DNA of 63,299 nucleotides, counting the filler, from Octopus bimaculoides (Eukaryota), in NCBI RefSeq assembly GCF_001194135.2. It is 8 parts of 8 records of this genome, joined end to end, with 100 filler letters (N's around TTAATTAATTAA, not from the genome) between each part and the next. Parts side by side here need not be neighbours in the genome. Positions count along the whole stretch, not along the records: positions 9,576 to 30,527 come from NC_068981.1; positions 30,628 to 38,487 come from NC_068999.1; positions 38,588 to 47,667 come from NC_068986.1; 5 more parts are not named here. One strand, written 5' to 3'. Positions 27,000 to 40,009 of the stretch are shown in pieces (within the stretch, counting starts at the first letter, position 1; the number at the start of each line of letters is the position of its first letter). A program made the translations under genes and the position numbers. Under the pieces are notes generated by a model. It was not told the origin of the DNA and did not search any database. It was given only the letters and a program-made list of their open reading frames with translations.

Positions 27000-28567
27000 A
27001 TTTGAAATTGCAGAGGTCTTTTAAAGATGTTTATTGACTTGACCAGTTTCACATTTTAAAACAAAAGATTTTCAAAAGTAAAATGTAAGGCTTTGTGTAG
27101 CCTTTGTGGTATTGAAAAATTGTTAACATAGATGTATTAATATACAGTGATAGAGTGTTTGACAATGATAAGAAAATGTTGAAAGGGGCTGTGTGTTTAT
27201 ACGGTTTACATAAAAGTGTTCAAAATTGGTAGTAAAATAAATTACTCTAACATCTCAAACACTCTGCCGACACATAAACACAATACCCCGACCTCTACTC
27301 CTCAGGTATACATCCACAACAAACACACACGGAAACACACACAGATGTACAAGCACACGTACAAATACAACGCAACCTCCCACACACAGATACATCCATA
27401 CACACTCGCATAAACACAATATCCCCACTCTCGAGCACAAACGCACATACACATGCGATACGATTCTAGCAATCACAACAAACACACACAGACACACACT
27501 CACATGCACACATACATAAACACGTACGTGCACACACTTACACACACTGCTTTGACAATTACAAAACACACTCAAAGAAACACATACACACACACACACA
27601 CACTTACACTCACATGCACGCACACACCACCCTGACCAACACAACACATACATACACACATACACATGCTCACAAATAGACATACACACACACGGACAAA
27701 CACACACACACATGCGCACAGACAGTACCCTGACAAATAGAAATCACACACATTCATACACGAACGTGCACACAAATACACACACCACCCTGCTAAATAT
27801 AAAACACACACATACACAGACCCTTACACACACACCCACACTGAACTCTAAAACCAGTCATACACAAGCACATATATATACACAAACATAGAACAGTGCA
27901 TGCACACACACACACACACTCACACCATCTTGACCTCTAAGACCAGTCGAAAATCCACTGAACCATGACAGACTAGCCCAGAAACAAAAAAAATCCTTAG
28001 GATTCCACAAACTATTCGAAATCAGATCATGTGAATGCTTTCTCCCACCACGAACCTCCTACGCTATTTCTAAAAATATCAACCAACCTTGCCAAACACA
28101 CATACATGACTGGATATGAAGAAAATAGTTGGTCATTCTCCTAAAATTCTGTATAAATACTTGAATATGATTTCTGATGAATTTTTGGCTAAGCAATTCA
28201 CGCTTTCTATCAAATACTGTCTATAATTTCTTTCTGTATATATGCTTATATACAATCATGACTTTTGATGAACGTTTAAATAATTATGAATTTATTTTAC
28301 AACCTATTGTGAATATTTTTATGTAAACTGTTTAAACACAAAGCCCCTCATAATATTTTCTTATCATTGTCAAAGATTCTATTTTACATGTTCTTATAAT
28401 TGTCAATGACACTATCACTGGTATCTTAATACATCTATGTTAACCATTTTTTAACACCACAAAGGCTACACAAAGCCTTACATTATTTTACTTTTGATAA
28501 TCTTTTTTGGGACAAGTGAAACAAGTCAAGTCAATAAAGATCTTTAAAAGACTTCTGCATTTTTAAA
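27000..28567. repeat. Inverted repeat pair (arms 27000-27243 and 28289-28567) with a CA-rich spacer
   Basis: Shared blocks such as TGTAAGGCTTTGTGTAGCCTTTGTGGT, GTTAACATAGATGTATTAA and TTTGACAATGATAAGAAAAT in opposite orientation; one ~35-bp indel. Confidence 0.8.
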
Positions 28568-31329
28568 TCCTCTTCCCTATATATTTTCACTCGTGGGGAA
28601 CTTTCCAATTTTACTTTGTTATATATATATAAATATANNNNNNNNNNNNNNNNNNNNNNNNNNNNNNNNNNNNNNNNNNNNNNNNNNNNNNNNNNNNNNN
28701 NNNNNNNNNNNNNNNNNNNNNNNNNNNNNNNNNNNNNNNNNNNNNNNNNNNNNNNNNNNNNNNNNNNNNNNNNNNNNNNNNNNNNNNNNNNNNNNNNNNN
28801 NNNNNNNNNNNNNNNNNNNNNNNNNNNNNNNNNNNNNNNNNNNNNNNNNNNNNNNNNNNNNNNNNNNNNNNNNNNNNNNNNNNNNNNNNNNNNNNNNNNN
28901 NNNNNNNNNNNNNNNNNNNNNNNNNNNNNNNNNNNNNNNNNNNNNNNNNNNNNNNNNNNNNNNNNNNNNNNNNNNNNNNNNNNNNNNNNNNNNNNNNNNN
29001 NNNNNNNNNNNNNNNNNNNNNNNNNNNNNNNNNNNNNNNNNNNNNNNNNNNNNNNNNNNNNNNNNNNNNNNNNNNNNNNNNNNNNNNNNNNNNNNNNNNN
29101 NNNNNNNNNNNNNNNNNNNNNNNNNNNNNNNNNNNNNNNNNNNNNNNNNNNNNNNNNNNNNNNNNNNNNNNNNNNNNNNNNNNNNNNNNNNNNNNNNNNN
29201 NNNNNNNNNNNNNNNNNNNNNNNNNNNNNNNNNNNNTATATATATATATATATATATATATATAACCCAGAAACATTGCACAAATGGTAATTTAATGTTT
29301 ATATGGTTCGTGTTAATACTGGACCGAACTTGTTCATTTTACGTAAAAAAACAATTTCTCTATCAACTTTAATAATGTAAAATCGTTAAATAAATACTTC
29401 ATCAACATTTCATATTCTTGCATGCCTAAAATTTCCATATCTAATCCCTGTAAACTCGGTGGATTCAATAAACACACTTTATGGAGACCCTTCTATAGCA
29501 GGAAGACAAATTTGTTTTCTACACATGCAACCACTTAGCTACAGACTTCCACTAGACTTTTACACCAATACCGCATTTAATTGATAGGCAGGCACGCACT
29601 ATAACCCATTTGTATTAAGAATCTATTCACTCGTTATTCCTTTTAGATATTCCAATACATGAAATCAATCCATGACCTAAAGCACAAATATATTATAAAC
29701 AACAGCGAAAATAAAATATTATTCAGAGTAAAATCTGATACCCGAAAGAGCAAGTTGCAACTATCTTACTAAATAAATTCGGAAATCCACTTCTCCAAAG
29801 ATAATCTATATGGAACAGAGTTATTGAAATACGTTTTGTTCTGTTATAAATTCTACAGCTTCCAATTTTACTTACGGGTAACATTTTTACGACCATGAAA
29901 TTATCCACCATTGATTTTTATCTATGAAGAACTTTTGCGTCCATTTTTCATTTACTTCTTTTTTTTTCTTCATCCATGAACAGTCAGTGATTAAATAATC
30001 GTAGCCATTTTGCATTCACCCATTTTCCCGACGATAATTCACACTAGAATTGTATATACTTGTCACATGATTTCTTCTCATCAACTTCCTACAACATATA
30101 TTTGCAAACAAACACACTCGCAAGCAGAAACACACACAGCCACACACACTCACTGATGCACCTGTTTGTTTTCGTTAATGCTCACAGTGTGAACGAGTGC
30201 ACAAATTTGTGTAGTTGGATTTAGGTGAATTTGTAATTTGAAGCACGAATGCATGTACATGAGCAGATAGTTTCGCATATATTTCATTATTATTTATTAT
30301 TTTCATTTATTATATGTCTCATTATTTCATATTATGTGGTTGCTCTTATATACTTCTATGAAGAATTATCAATGTTGATTCATTTCCATGACATTTATAT
30401 TATATTACATAAGCACTGCAGCTTATCATTTTTTTCTATTTTCTATTTCATACCAAATCAAACAATATTTACACGCATGGTCACGTATATCCATATACAT
30501 ATACATACATACATACATATATATATANNNNNNNNNNNNNNNNNNNNNNNNNNNNNNNNNNNNNNNNNNNNTTAATTAATTAANNNNNNNNNNNNNNNNN
30601 NNNNNNNNNNNNNNNNNNNNNNNNNNNATATATACACACATATATATATATATACACACATATATATATATATATACATACATATATTTATGTGGAAAAT
30701 GGAGCAACAAATACAAGAAGAAGCAATTCGGTTGGGCTATTTAGCCATTCTTTTATTATGTGGAGGTTATGTAATGAGTCGTTGTGGAGGTTATGTAATT
30801 AGTCATTTACGCACGTTTCAATTTGCCAAATGGTTTGGCAGATCTCTTCAGAATGTTGAGGAGTATGTTAAGAGTTCATGGTGTGAGAGATGTAGGAGAA
30901 GTAATTAGTGGATATATTAATGTATATGGTGGTATAATAATAGCGTTAGGTAAAGAAAGCCTTATGTTTTAGTTGAAGTTGTGTTGGTCTTCCTGTAGGG
31001 GGATGTAGGATGGGTGCTATTTAAGCTCATAATTCCGATTTTAATCAAATGCATTTCCACATGATGTTATGATTGAGGAATGCGTCGTATATTTTTAGCA
31101 CCGGCGGTGTTGGTAAAAGGGAGCAACCCTAAATTTAGGTGAAAAGGGGTCTTATTACTATTTAATTATAGTTAATTATACTTAGAAAAGGAAAATTCTT
31201 ATTTACATATTTAATTATACTTATGAAGTGGAATGTATTATATATTTAATTATACTTAGAGAATGAGTATTTACAAGCGTGAAGACAGATTAGGCTAGAT
31301 TCATATCTCCTGTTCATTCTTAGGTCATT

Positions 31330-34300
31330 CTTAACCGTTAACTTGCTGGCTGGCGGTATGCCTGCCCTCCCACCCCCTCCATCTTTACTGAAAGTTCCTA
31401 TCCTCTGTAATCCTTGGTTGTCTCCCACGAACACTTCTAAGGGCCTAATGCCATCACCACCCCTACCCAGGGTTTATCAATCATATAGCGCATAAAAATG
31501 GTGTAGTGTATGCAGGTTGTAGGCTATTGTTTGTTTATGAATTCTGCCAAGTGCAAGCTTTCTTTTCAGGTACAGGACACTACTGTCTCTCATCCCAGGA
31601 TCTCACAAGCCCACACCTCCCACACTCTCAGAATGGGCACTCTCAACGTCGGCACACTGAAAGGTAGGTCTGGTGAGATTGTTGAGATGCTTGAAAGGAG
31701 ACGTGTATTTTTGTGCTACATCCAAGAAGTAAGGTGGAGAGGAGGTTCCGCTAGGTTCCTCACAGGCAAAGAACACAGGTACAAGATTTTCTGGGCAGGG
31801 AACACTGACGGGTTCGGGGGCATGAGAAAACTTCTTGCGGAGAAATGGGTTGATAAGGTAATCGCAGTAGTCAGAGTATGTGACAGAATACTTAAGATTA
31901 GATTAGTGCTTCACCATAGGTTAGCTACCGTCATTTTGGTTTATGCTCCTCAACTGGGGCTACCGGATGGGCAGAAAACCAATTTTATGACACCTTTTTG
32001 CAGACTACCTCATTGACGAATGACAGGGACGTTCTCTTTGTGGCTGGTGATTTCAATGAACATGTTGGACAACATGCAGGGGGCTTCCATGGCATACATA
32101 GAGGCTATGGCTTTGGTTCCCGCAATGGGGAGGGAACCAGACTACTGGAGTTCTGTGATGCAAATGATCTTATGGTTTGCAATACCAACTTCAGGAAACC
32201 TGTCTGTCACCTAGTCACCTATCGTTCCGGCAGACTCACTAGCCAAATTGACTACGTCTTCGCCAGAAAAATGGAAAGAGGACTGCTTATAAATGCCAAA
32301 ACCTTCCCTGGCGAAGAATGTACCCCTCAACACAGATTAGTAGATAGCGACTTCAGGATCAAGACTAAATGGATGCCCAGAAGTAGACCAGCTTGGAGGA
32401 GAAGGGTCTGGAAGCTTAGTCATATGTTACTCAAAGCCTTCGATAAAATAGAATGGGGATATAGCATCACATAATGTGGAAGACAATTGGAGTTTCTACA
32501 GGACAACCTGCTGAGAGCCACTGACCATATCTGTAGATGGTGCAAAGTCCCCTCTCGACCCAAAGTAACGTGGTGGTGGAACAATGTGGTTGACAGGGCT
32601 ATTAGACACAAGAAACAGGCTTGGAAGGACTGGAAGAACAGAGGTAGCAGGGAATTGTATCACACTGCCAGAAGGGAAGCTAGGTGACAGGTTTATTTAG
32701 CCAGAGGGGAAGCAGATAAGAAAAAATTTGCCAATGTTCTGTCCCGTGAGGACCAAAGACTTGAAGTATTTCGTGTTGCAAGATAGTGTGTGAGAGAGAG
32801 AATTGTGATGTCGTAGAAGAGAAATGTGTTCGCATGGATGAAGGCTCACTTGCACTAAACAAGCTGCAAAGAGAGAGGTTTAGAGACGCCACTATGAAAG
32901 GTTGCTTAATAAAGAAAATGAATGGGAGGAAGAGAGTCTGCCGTATGTCGACCCAACAGAGGGACCAGCTATCCTAATTAACAGTACCTTGGTAGATAAA
33001 GCGATCCAGAGTATGAAGACAAGGAAAGCCCCCGGCCCATCAGGAATCACTGCAGAGATGCTCAAAATATCTGGCAGTGTTGGCTATAGCCTAGTCACCC
33101 GTATAGTTAATCAGGTGATACACAAAGGAGTCATACCCAATGACTGGTGTAGCAGCACCATAGTCAACTGCTACAAAGGTAAATGTGATGCTTTAGANNN
33201 NNNNNNNNNNNNNNNNNNNNNNNNNNNNNNNNNNNNNNNNNNNNNNNNNNNNNNNNNNNNNNNNNNNNNNNNNNNNNNNNNNNNNNNNNNNNNNNNNNNN
33301 NNNNNNNNNNNNNNNNNNNNNNNNNNNNNNNNNNNNNNNNNNNNNNNNNNNNNNNNNNNNNNNNNNNNNNNNNNNNNNNNNNNNNNNNNNNNNNNNNNNN
33401 NNNNNNNNNNNNNNNNNNNNNNNNNNNNNNNNNNNNNNNNNNNNNNNNNNNNNNNNNNNNNNNNNNNNNNNNNNNNNNNNNNNNNNNNNNNNNNNNNNNN
33501 NNNNNNNNNNNNNNNNNNNNNNNNNNNNNNNNNNNNNNNNNNNNNNNNNNNNNNNNNNNNNNNNNNNNNNNNNNNNNNNNNNNNNNNNNNNNNNNNNNNN
33601 NNNNNNNNNNNNNNNNNNNNNNNNNNNNNNNNNNNNNNNNNNNNNNNNNNNNNNNNNNNNNNNNNNNNNNNNNNNNNNNNNNNNNNNNNNNNNNNNNNNN
33701 NNNNNNNNNNNNNNNNNNNNNNNNNNNNNNNNNNNNNNNNNNGTCCTAATAAGTAGGAAGGTAGACAAAACACAAACCCCTTCAGGTAGATGGCCCTGCT
33801 CAATCTGTAGAAAAGGCGTAGGTAGAAACTCTATAAGATGTACCCAGTGTAAGCTATGGACACATAAGAGGTGCAGCAATATCAAAGGAAGGTTAACTAG
33901 GAAGTTAGTTTTTGTATGTGGCAGATGTACAGGAGCAATAAACACTGAAAATGTGCAGAAAACTTCTGCCACATTCCAGGGAGAAAAACTAGATGTAGTT
34001 GATAGCTTTCGCTATCTAGGTGACTAGGTTAGTAGTGGGGGAGGGTGCGCTGAAAGTGTAGCTGCTAGAATAAGATAGCCTGGGCAAAGTTCAGAGAGCT
34101 CTTACCTCTGCTGGTAACAAAGGGCCTCTCACTCAGAGTAAAAGGCAGACTATATGACGCATGTGTACAAACAGCCGTGCAACATGGCAGTGAAACATGG
34201 GCCGTGACTGCTGAGGACATGCGTAAGCTTGCAAGGAATGAAGCTAGTATGCTCCGATGGATGTATAATGTCAGTGTGCATACTCAACAGAGTGTAAGTA

Positions 34301-35058
34301 CCTTGAGAGAAAAGTTGATCCTAAGATGCATCAGTTGTGGTGTGCAAGAGAGACGCTTGCACTGGTATGGTCATGTGGCGAGAATGGATGAGGGTAGCTG
34401 TGTGAAAAAGTGCCACACCTTAGCGGTTGAGGGAACCTGTGGAAGAGGTAGATCCAGGAAGACGTGGCATGAGGTAGTGAAGCACGACCTTCAAACATTA
34501 GGCCTCACCGAGGCAATGACTTGTGACCGAGACCTTTGGAAATATACTGTGCGTGAGAAGATCCGGCAAGCCAAGTGAGACCATAATCCGAGGCTTCTGC
34601 CAGGGGTGTAGCCAGCCCACTTATACGTACCTTTTCTTCATTGGACACTAAACTGCTTGCGAAGACCTGTTGAGGCAAGTGAAATTGAAACCAAACTAAA
34701 TTCGACTGGTACCCATGCCAATGTCTCCTTCATTGGACACTAAATTCGGCTTGCGAAGACTTGTTGGGGCAAGTGAAAGCGAAATTGCGATGGCACCTGT
34801 AGCAGTGGAACGCTAAGAGCACCGTCCGAGTGTCATCATTGCCAGAGCAGCTGTCTGGCTCCTGTGCCAGTGGCACGTAAAAGCACCCACTACACTCTCA
34901 AGAGTGGTTGGCATTAGGAAGGGCATCCATGTGTAGAAACTCTGCCAAATCAGATTGGAGCCTGGTGTAGCCATCTGGTTCGCCAGTCATCAGTCAAATC
35001 GTCCAACCCATGCTAGCATGGAAAGCGGACGTTAAACAATGATGATGATGATGACGAT
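31330..35058 (+). mobile_element. Near full-length, frameshifted RTE-clade LINE (APE endonuclease + RT), central gap, 3' UTR and (GAT)n tail
   Basis: APE motifs LRMGTLNVGTL, QEVRW, VYAPQ, GDFNEHVG, SQIDY; RT entry KAPGPSGITAEMLK...IPNDW; C-terminal HGSETW...RLHWYGHVARM...GRGRSRKTW; ends CGGACGTTAAACAAT(GAT)n at 35058. The 5' boundary is approximate. Confidence 0.92.
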
Positions 35059-35210
35059 ATATATATATATTGATAGAAAGGACAACAAAAGAAAGAAAGA
35101 GACCTCGATATTATGTAAATAGAGGAATTTATCTGTAAAAATATGACACTTATTCGGTAGCCATGATAAAACTCTGAGTTTCGGATGCCGGGGTGGGANN
35201 NNNNNNNNCC

Positions 35211-35690
35211 AACATCTCTTCAGTTATCCGGCCATTGAAAATTCCTGTGAAAAATGACCATTAAACAAAGGGAAATTACTGTGTGGTTGACCGTTATTAA
35301 GACAAAATAGCTATAGACTGCATATCCACTAAGGACACAGTTTCGATGAAGAAATACATGGGCCTCATGGAGGGTAATTTCAAGGTCAGATTCAATAACC
35401 ACACTTTGAGTTTCAGGCACTGGGAAAAAAGGAAAACGACCAAATTATCCAGTCATATATGGTCTTTAAAAGATAAAGGTGTCAGTCACAACATCCATTG
35501 GAAGATCTTAGCCAAGTGTAAACCTTACACCAGCGGCAGCGGAGGGTGCGGTCTATGTGATATGGAAAGATGGCTTTTCTGGAAAGGTGGCTTAGACCCT
35601 GCCACATGTCTAAATTCAAGGACTGAACTTTTCGGATCATGTCCACATGTGACCAAATATTTGCTACATTTTTGGTCCCCCTGATTTTAC
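35211..35690 (+). mobile_element. Penelope-like element 3' fragment (GIY-YIG C-terminal half)
   Basis: KYMGLMEGNFKVRFNNHTLSF...TKLSSHIWSLKD...WKIL...CGLCDME...LNSRTELFGSCPH matches the PLE GIY-YIG C-terminal pattern. Confidence 0.85.
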
Positions 35691-36249
35691 TGATAGGACT
35701 TGCTTTCTATATTTTGTCTATGTATAAGCTTTTTATCTCTCTATACTTTTTACTTAGATTTCTTATATATTTTTTATATTTTTTACATAATTATAGAGTT
35801 AATTTTTTGTATTTTTTCCACACATATTTTTTCTGTTTTCTTCCCTCCACCCTGCTTTTTTCCTGTGTCTACAGACATGTACATGGAACCTTATGTGCGC
35901 GCTTGTGAATGTGTGCATGTATGCAGGTACGTGCGTATATAGATGTATGTGCATGCATGCGAAAATATGCACATATTAGACGTGTTTTAACCTTATAGCT
36001 TTCTCACACTTTCTGTATTTTGCTTTTAGCTCTATAAATTTTTTTGCGTGTATGGGTGCGAGGTTGTTGTGTGTGTGTGGGGGGTGTATGCGGGTATATA
36101 TATATATGTATATGTACATATATGTATAATTTTTGGCGAGTATGTGGGTGAGCATGTGTGTGCTTCAAGCGAGGGTGGTTTAGTATATACATATACGTGA
36201 ATGTACGGATTGGTGCGCTTACGCGAACACTATATCACACAGACCGCAC

Positions 36250-36606
36250 CTTCCATATCACATAGACTGCACCCTCCGCTGCCGTTGGTCTAAGGTTTAC
36301 ACTTGGCTAAGATCTTCCAATGAATGTTGTAACTGACACATTTATCTTTTAAAGACCATATATGACTGGATAATTTGGTCGTTTTCCTTTTTTCCCAGTG
36401 CCTGAAACTCAAAGTGTGATTACTGAATCTGGCCTTGAAATTACCCTCCATGAGGCCCATGTATTTCTTCATCAAAACTGAGTCCTTAGTGGATATACAG
36501 TCTATAGCTATTTTGTCTTAATATCGGTCAACCACACAGTAATTTCCCTAGGTTTAACGGTCATTTTTCACAGGTATTTTCAATGGCTGGATAACTGAAG
36601 TGATGT
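36250..36606 (-). mobile_element. Inverted second copy of the Penelope-like fragment
   Basis: Reverse complement aligns with 35211-35558 with about 19 substitutions counted by eye over ~345 bp; ORF 36475-36290 gives a near-identical peptide. Confidence 0.85.
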
Positions 36607-36619
36607 CACATATTATTAC

Positions 36620-36658
<39 letters not shown>

Positions 36659-37450
36659 AATATATACATATAGATATATATATATACATATATACATATA
36701 TATACATATATATACATATATACATATAGATATACATATATATATATATATATATATANNNNNNNNNNNNNNNNNNNNNNNNNNNNNNNNNNNNNNNNNN
36801 NNNNNNNNNNNNNNNNNNNNNNNNNNNNNNNNNNNNNNNNNNNNNNNNNNNNNNNNNNNNNNNNNNNNNNNNNNNNNNNNNNNNNNNNNNNNNNNNNNNN
36901 NNNNNNNNNNNNNNNNNNNNNNNNNNNNNNNNNNNNNNNNNNNNNNNNNNNNNNNNNNNNNNNNNNNNNNNNNNNNNNNNNNNNNNNNNNNNNNNNNNNN
37001 NNNNNNNNNNNNNNNNNNNNNNNNNNNNNNNNNNNNNNNNNNNNNNNNNNNNNNNNNNNNNNNNNNNNNNNNNNNNNNNNNNNNNNNNNNNNNNNNNNNN
37101 NNNNNNNNNNNNNNNNNNNNNNNNNNNNNNNNNNNNNNNNNNNNNNNNNNNNNNNNNNNNNNNNNNNNNNNNNNNNNNNNNNNNNNNNNNNNNNNNNNNN
37201 NNNNNNNNNNNNNNNNNNNNNNNNNNNNNNNNNNNNNNNNNNNNNNNNNNNNNNNNNNNNNNNNNNNNNNNNNNNNNNNNNNNNNNNNNNNNNNNNNNNN
37301 NNNNNNNNNNNNNNNNNNNNNNNNNNNNNNNNNNNNNNNNNNNNNNNNNNNNNNNNNNNNNNNNNNNNNNNNNNNNNNNNNNNNNNNNNNNNNNNNNNNN
37401 NNNNNNNNNNNNNNNNNNNNNNNNNNNNNNNNNNNNNNNNNNNNNNNNNN

Positions 37451-37488
<38 letters not shown>

Positions 37489-37492
37489 TATA

Positions 37493-38487
37493 TATAAAAT
37501 TGATATAGCTGCACTCTCAGAGACTCGTATAGAAGGTGATGATCAGTTTGAGGAAGTAGGAGATGGATATACCTTTTTTGGGAAAGGAAGGCAGGAGGAG
37601 CGCAGAGCAGCTGGTGTTGGTTTTGCAGTCCAATCTGATATCCTTAATAAGTTGGAAGAGCTCCCTGTTCCTATAAATGAATGTATAATGACGCTACAGT
37701 TGCACTTGAAAGGTAAGCGGTTTGCTAATCTAATAAGTGCCTATGCACCTACTTTGACTAGCTGTGATGAAGATAAAACAATCTTTTATACCTAGCTGAG
37801 AGCCATACTTAGAAAAATCCCCAATTCTGATAAAGTCATTCTACTGGGGGATTTTAATGCCAGAGTTGGAACAGACTGGCAAATATGGAACTCTCTCAGA
37901 CGTTTTGGAGTAGGGAAAATGAATAGCAATGTCTCATGCTACTGGAGCTTTGCGAAGAACATGGACTTTACATCACAAGCACTCATTTTATGCACAAAGG
38001 TGATCACACAACAACATGGATGCATCCAAAGTCCAAAGTTTGGCACTTGCTGGATTATGTCATCATCCGCAAGTGCGACATTTATGACATTTGTAAAGTC
38101 AAGTCTTTACATGGATCAGAATGCTGGACAGACCACAGTCTGGTGCGAGCAAAGTTCCAAATGGTAATTAGAGTAAAAGAGAGAAGAGGACCAGTCAGCA
38201 TTCCTCGCCATCTAAATGTCCACAAGGTATATGATGTTGTGGTTAGGAAAGAACTTCAGACTCGCTTGTCCAGCATCGAAACTGCTGGAGCATGGTAGGA
38301 TTTTCGAGACCACGTTCTATAATGTGCAGCCGAAACCCTGGGATATGTTACTGCCAGACACAGAGACTGGTTTGACGAGAATGATGCTGAAGTTCAGCGA
38401 CTATTGGTGGTAAAACGCCATGCTCACAGTGTATTGCTACACAGAGAACTGTCTACTGTGCAGCGAAGTCTAGCACTTGTCCACTAT
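37493..38487 (+). mobile_element. Second, distinct RTE (BovB-like) LINE fragment, APE endonuclease region, degraded
   Basis: IDIAALSETR...GVGFAV...ISAYAPTL, LGDFNARVG, WMHPKSKVWHLLDYVIIR, WTDH, RHRDWFDEND-like segment; stops and frameshifts; bounded by gaps and microsatellite. Confidence 0.88.
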
Positions 38488-38587
38488 NNNNNNNNNNNNN
38501 NNNNNNNNNNNNNNNNNNNNNNNNNNNNNNNTTAATTAATTAANNNNNNNNNNNNNNNNNNNNNNNNNNNNNNNNNNNNNNNNNNNN

Positions 38588-38659
<72 letters not shown>

Positions 38660-38660
<1 letters not shown>

Positions 38661-39960
38661 AATGATGGTGTCCCAGCATGATTGCAGCTTTAAAGCTGAA
38701 ACACTCTAAAGAATTATATATATTTCTGTATGCTTTTTATTCTTTACTTGTTTCAGCCATAGGCTGGAGCCATGCTGGAGCACTGCCTGTCAGTGTGTTA
38801 GGGTTTCCTTTCTGTACTCTTTTTGGTGAAGAAGTGAATTGGATGGAGCTGTTCTTGTCTGTGCCTCATGCTGTGATGTGGATCCATCTGGTATCTCAGA
38901 CAAAAATTTCTCTAAACACACATCTACATCAACCTCGCAACCTGAGGTTGTTTGATAGAATGTTAAATAGTTGTGGACCCTTGAAACCCAAGCTATTACA
39001 ATACTGGACCCTTATTCAAGATGGAGAAGATGGGACCTTTGGTACTATGCAGTGCTGTCCAGTTTGGTGGCTTGTATAGCTTTCATTTCCAAAGTTGGGA
39101 GTTAGATCTTCCAAAATCTTTCATATGTTTGTCACTGTATATCTTTCATGCCTTCTCTCTAGGGAGTAAAGCTTCAGTTCTTTTAGCCTCTCCCAGTAGC
39201 TCATCTGTTTCACTGAGTCAATCTTCTTTGTGTAGTGGCATTGAATTCCCTCAAGTTCCACCACCAATTCGGTGCTCTGTGGTGGCTACAGTTGGAAGTA
39301 ATAATCCAGATGACTGAAAACAAAAGTTCTCCATATGAGTGTATAGTATCCTTTTTTCTGGTTCTGAATGATCTCAGAATCCATCCAGCTATTCACCTGC
39401 ACAGTGCTACCATGTTTGTAATATGCACATGGAATGTTGCATCATTACTCCTGTGGATTCTCAGGTCATGCACCAACTTTGACTTTGGAATTGCATTACC
39501 CACTGGTCCTGTGTAATCTGAGTGTAGTCTGTAGAGTGCTTGAAACTTTTCAGCACTGAACTGTATGCTATTTTCATCAGCCCATTTGCATATAGGTTGT
39601 TTTGCAGTTTTAGTGTGTCATCAGGGTCTTTGACCACTAACAATACTTTTGCATCATCTGCATAGCTAGTGAGAGTGGCTGACTGTATAGCTGAAGGCAT
39701 GTCTGAGAGAGCTACCACAAACAGTAGTGGTCCCAGTACACAGTTCCTAGAGGGACTCTGCTGCAAATTAATGTTTCCACAGAGAGAGCAAAATTGGCTG
39801 CAACTGTCTGACTTCCAAATTTTTAAAAAGTTGAGCAGCCATATATAGTATAAAGATCGATAAGGCTGGTTTTTGGGATTACCTTGAATTTCATGTACAT
39901 AAACCACTTAGCTTTACAACATGTCATAAGACCCTGGCCTCTCTAGAAAATGGAGGAGGA
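38660..39960 (-). mobile_element. Degraded CR1/L2-type LINE reverse transcriptase fragment
   Basis: VLGPLLFVVALSDMPSAIQSATLTSYADDAKV...LQNNL (RT core with YADD) in ORF 39907-39461; downstream frames continue with a GWILRSFRTR-like segment typical of CR1/L2 RT C-termini. Confidence 0.75.
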
Positions 39961-40009
39961 AAAGACTTCATTACTCTGTCAATAACAGAGGATTGTTTCC
40001 CTTTGGCTG

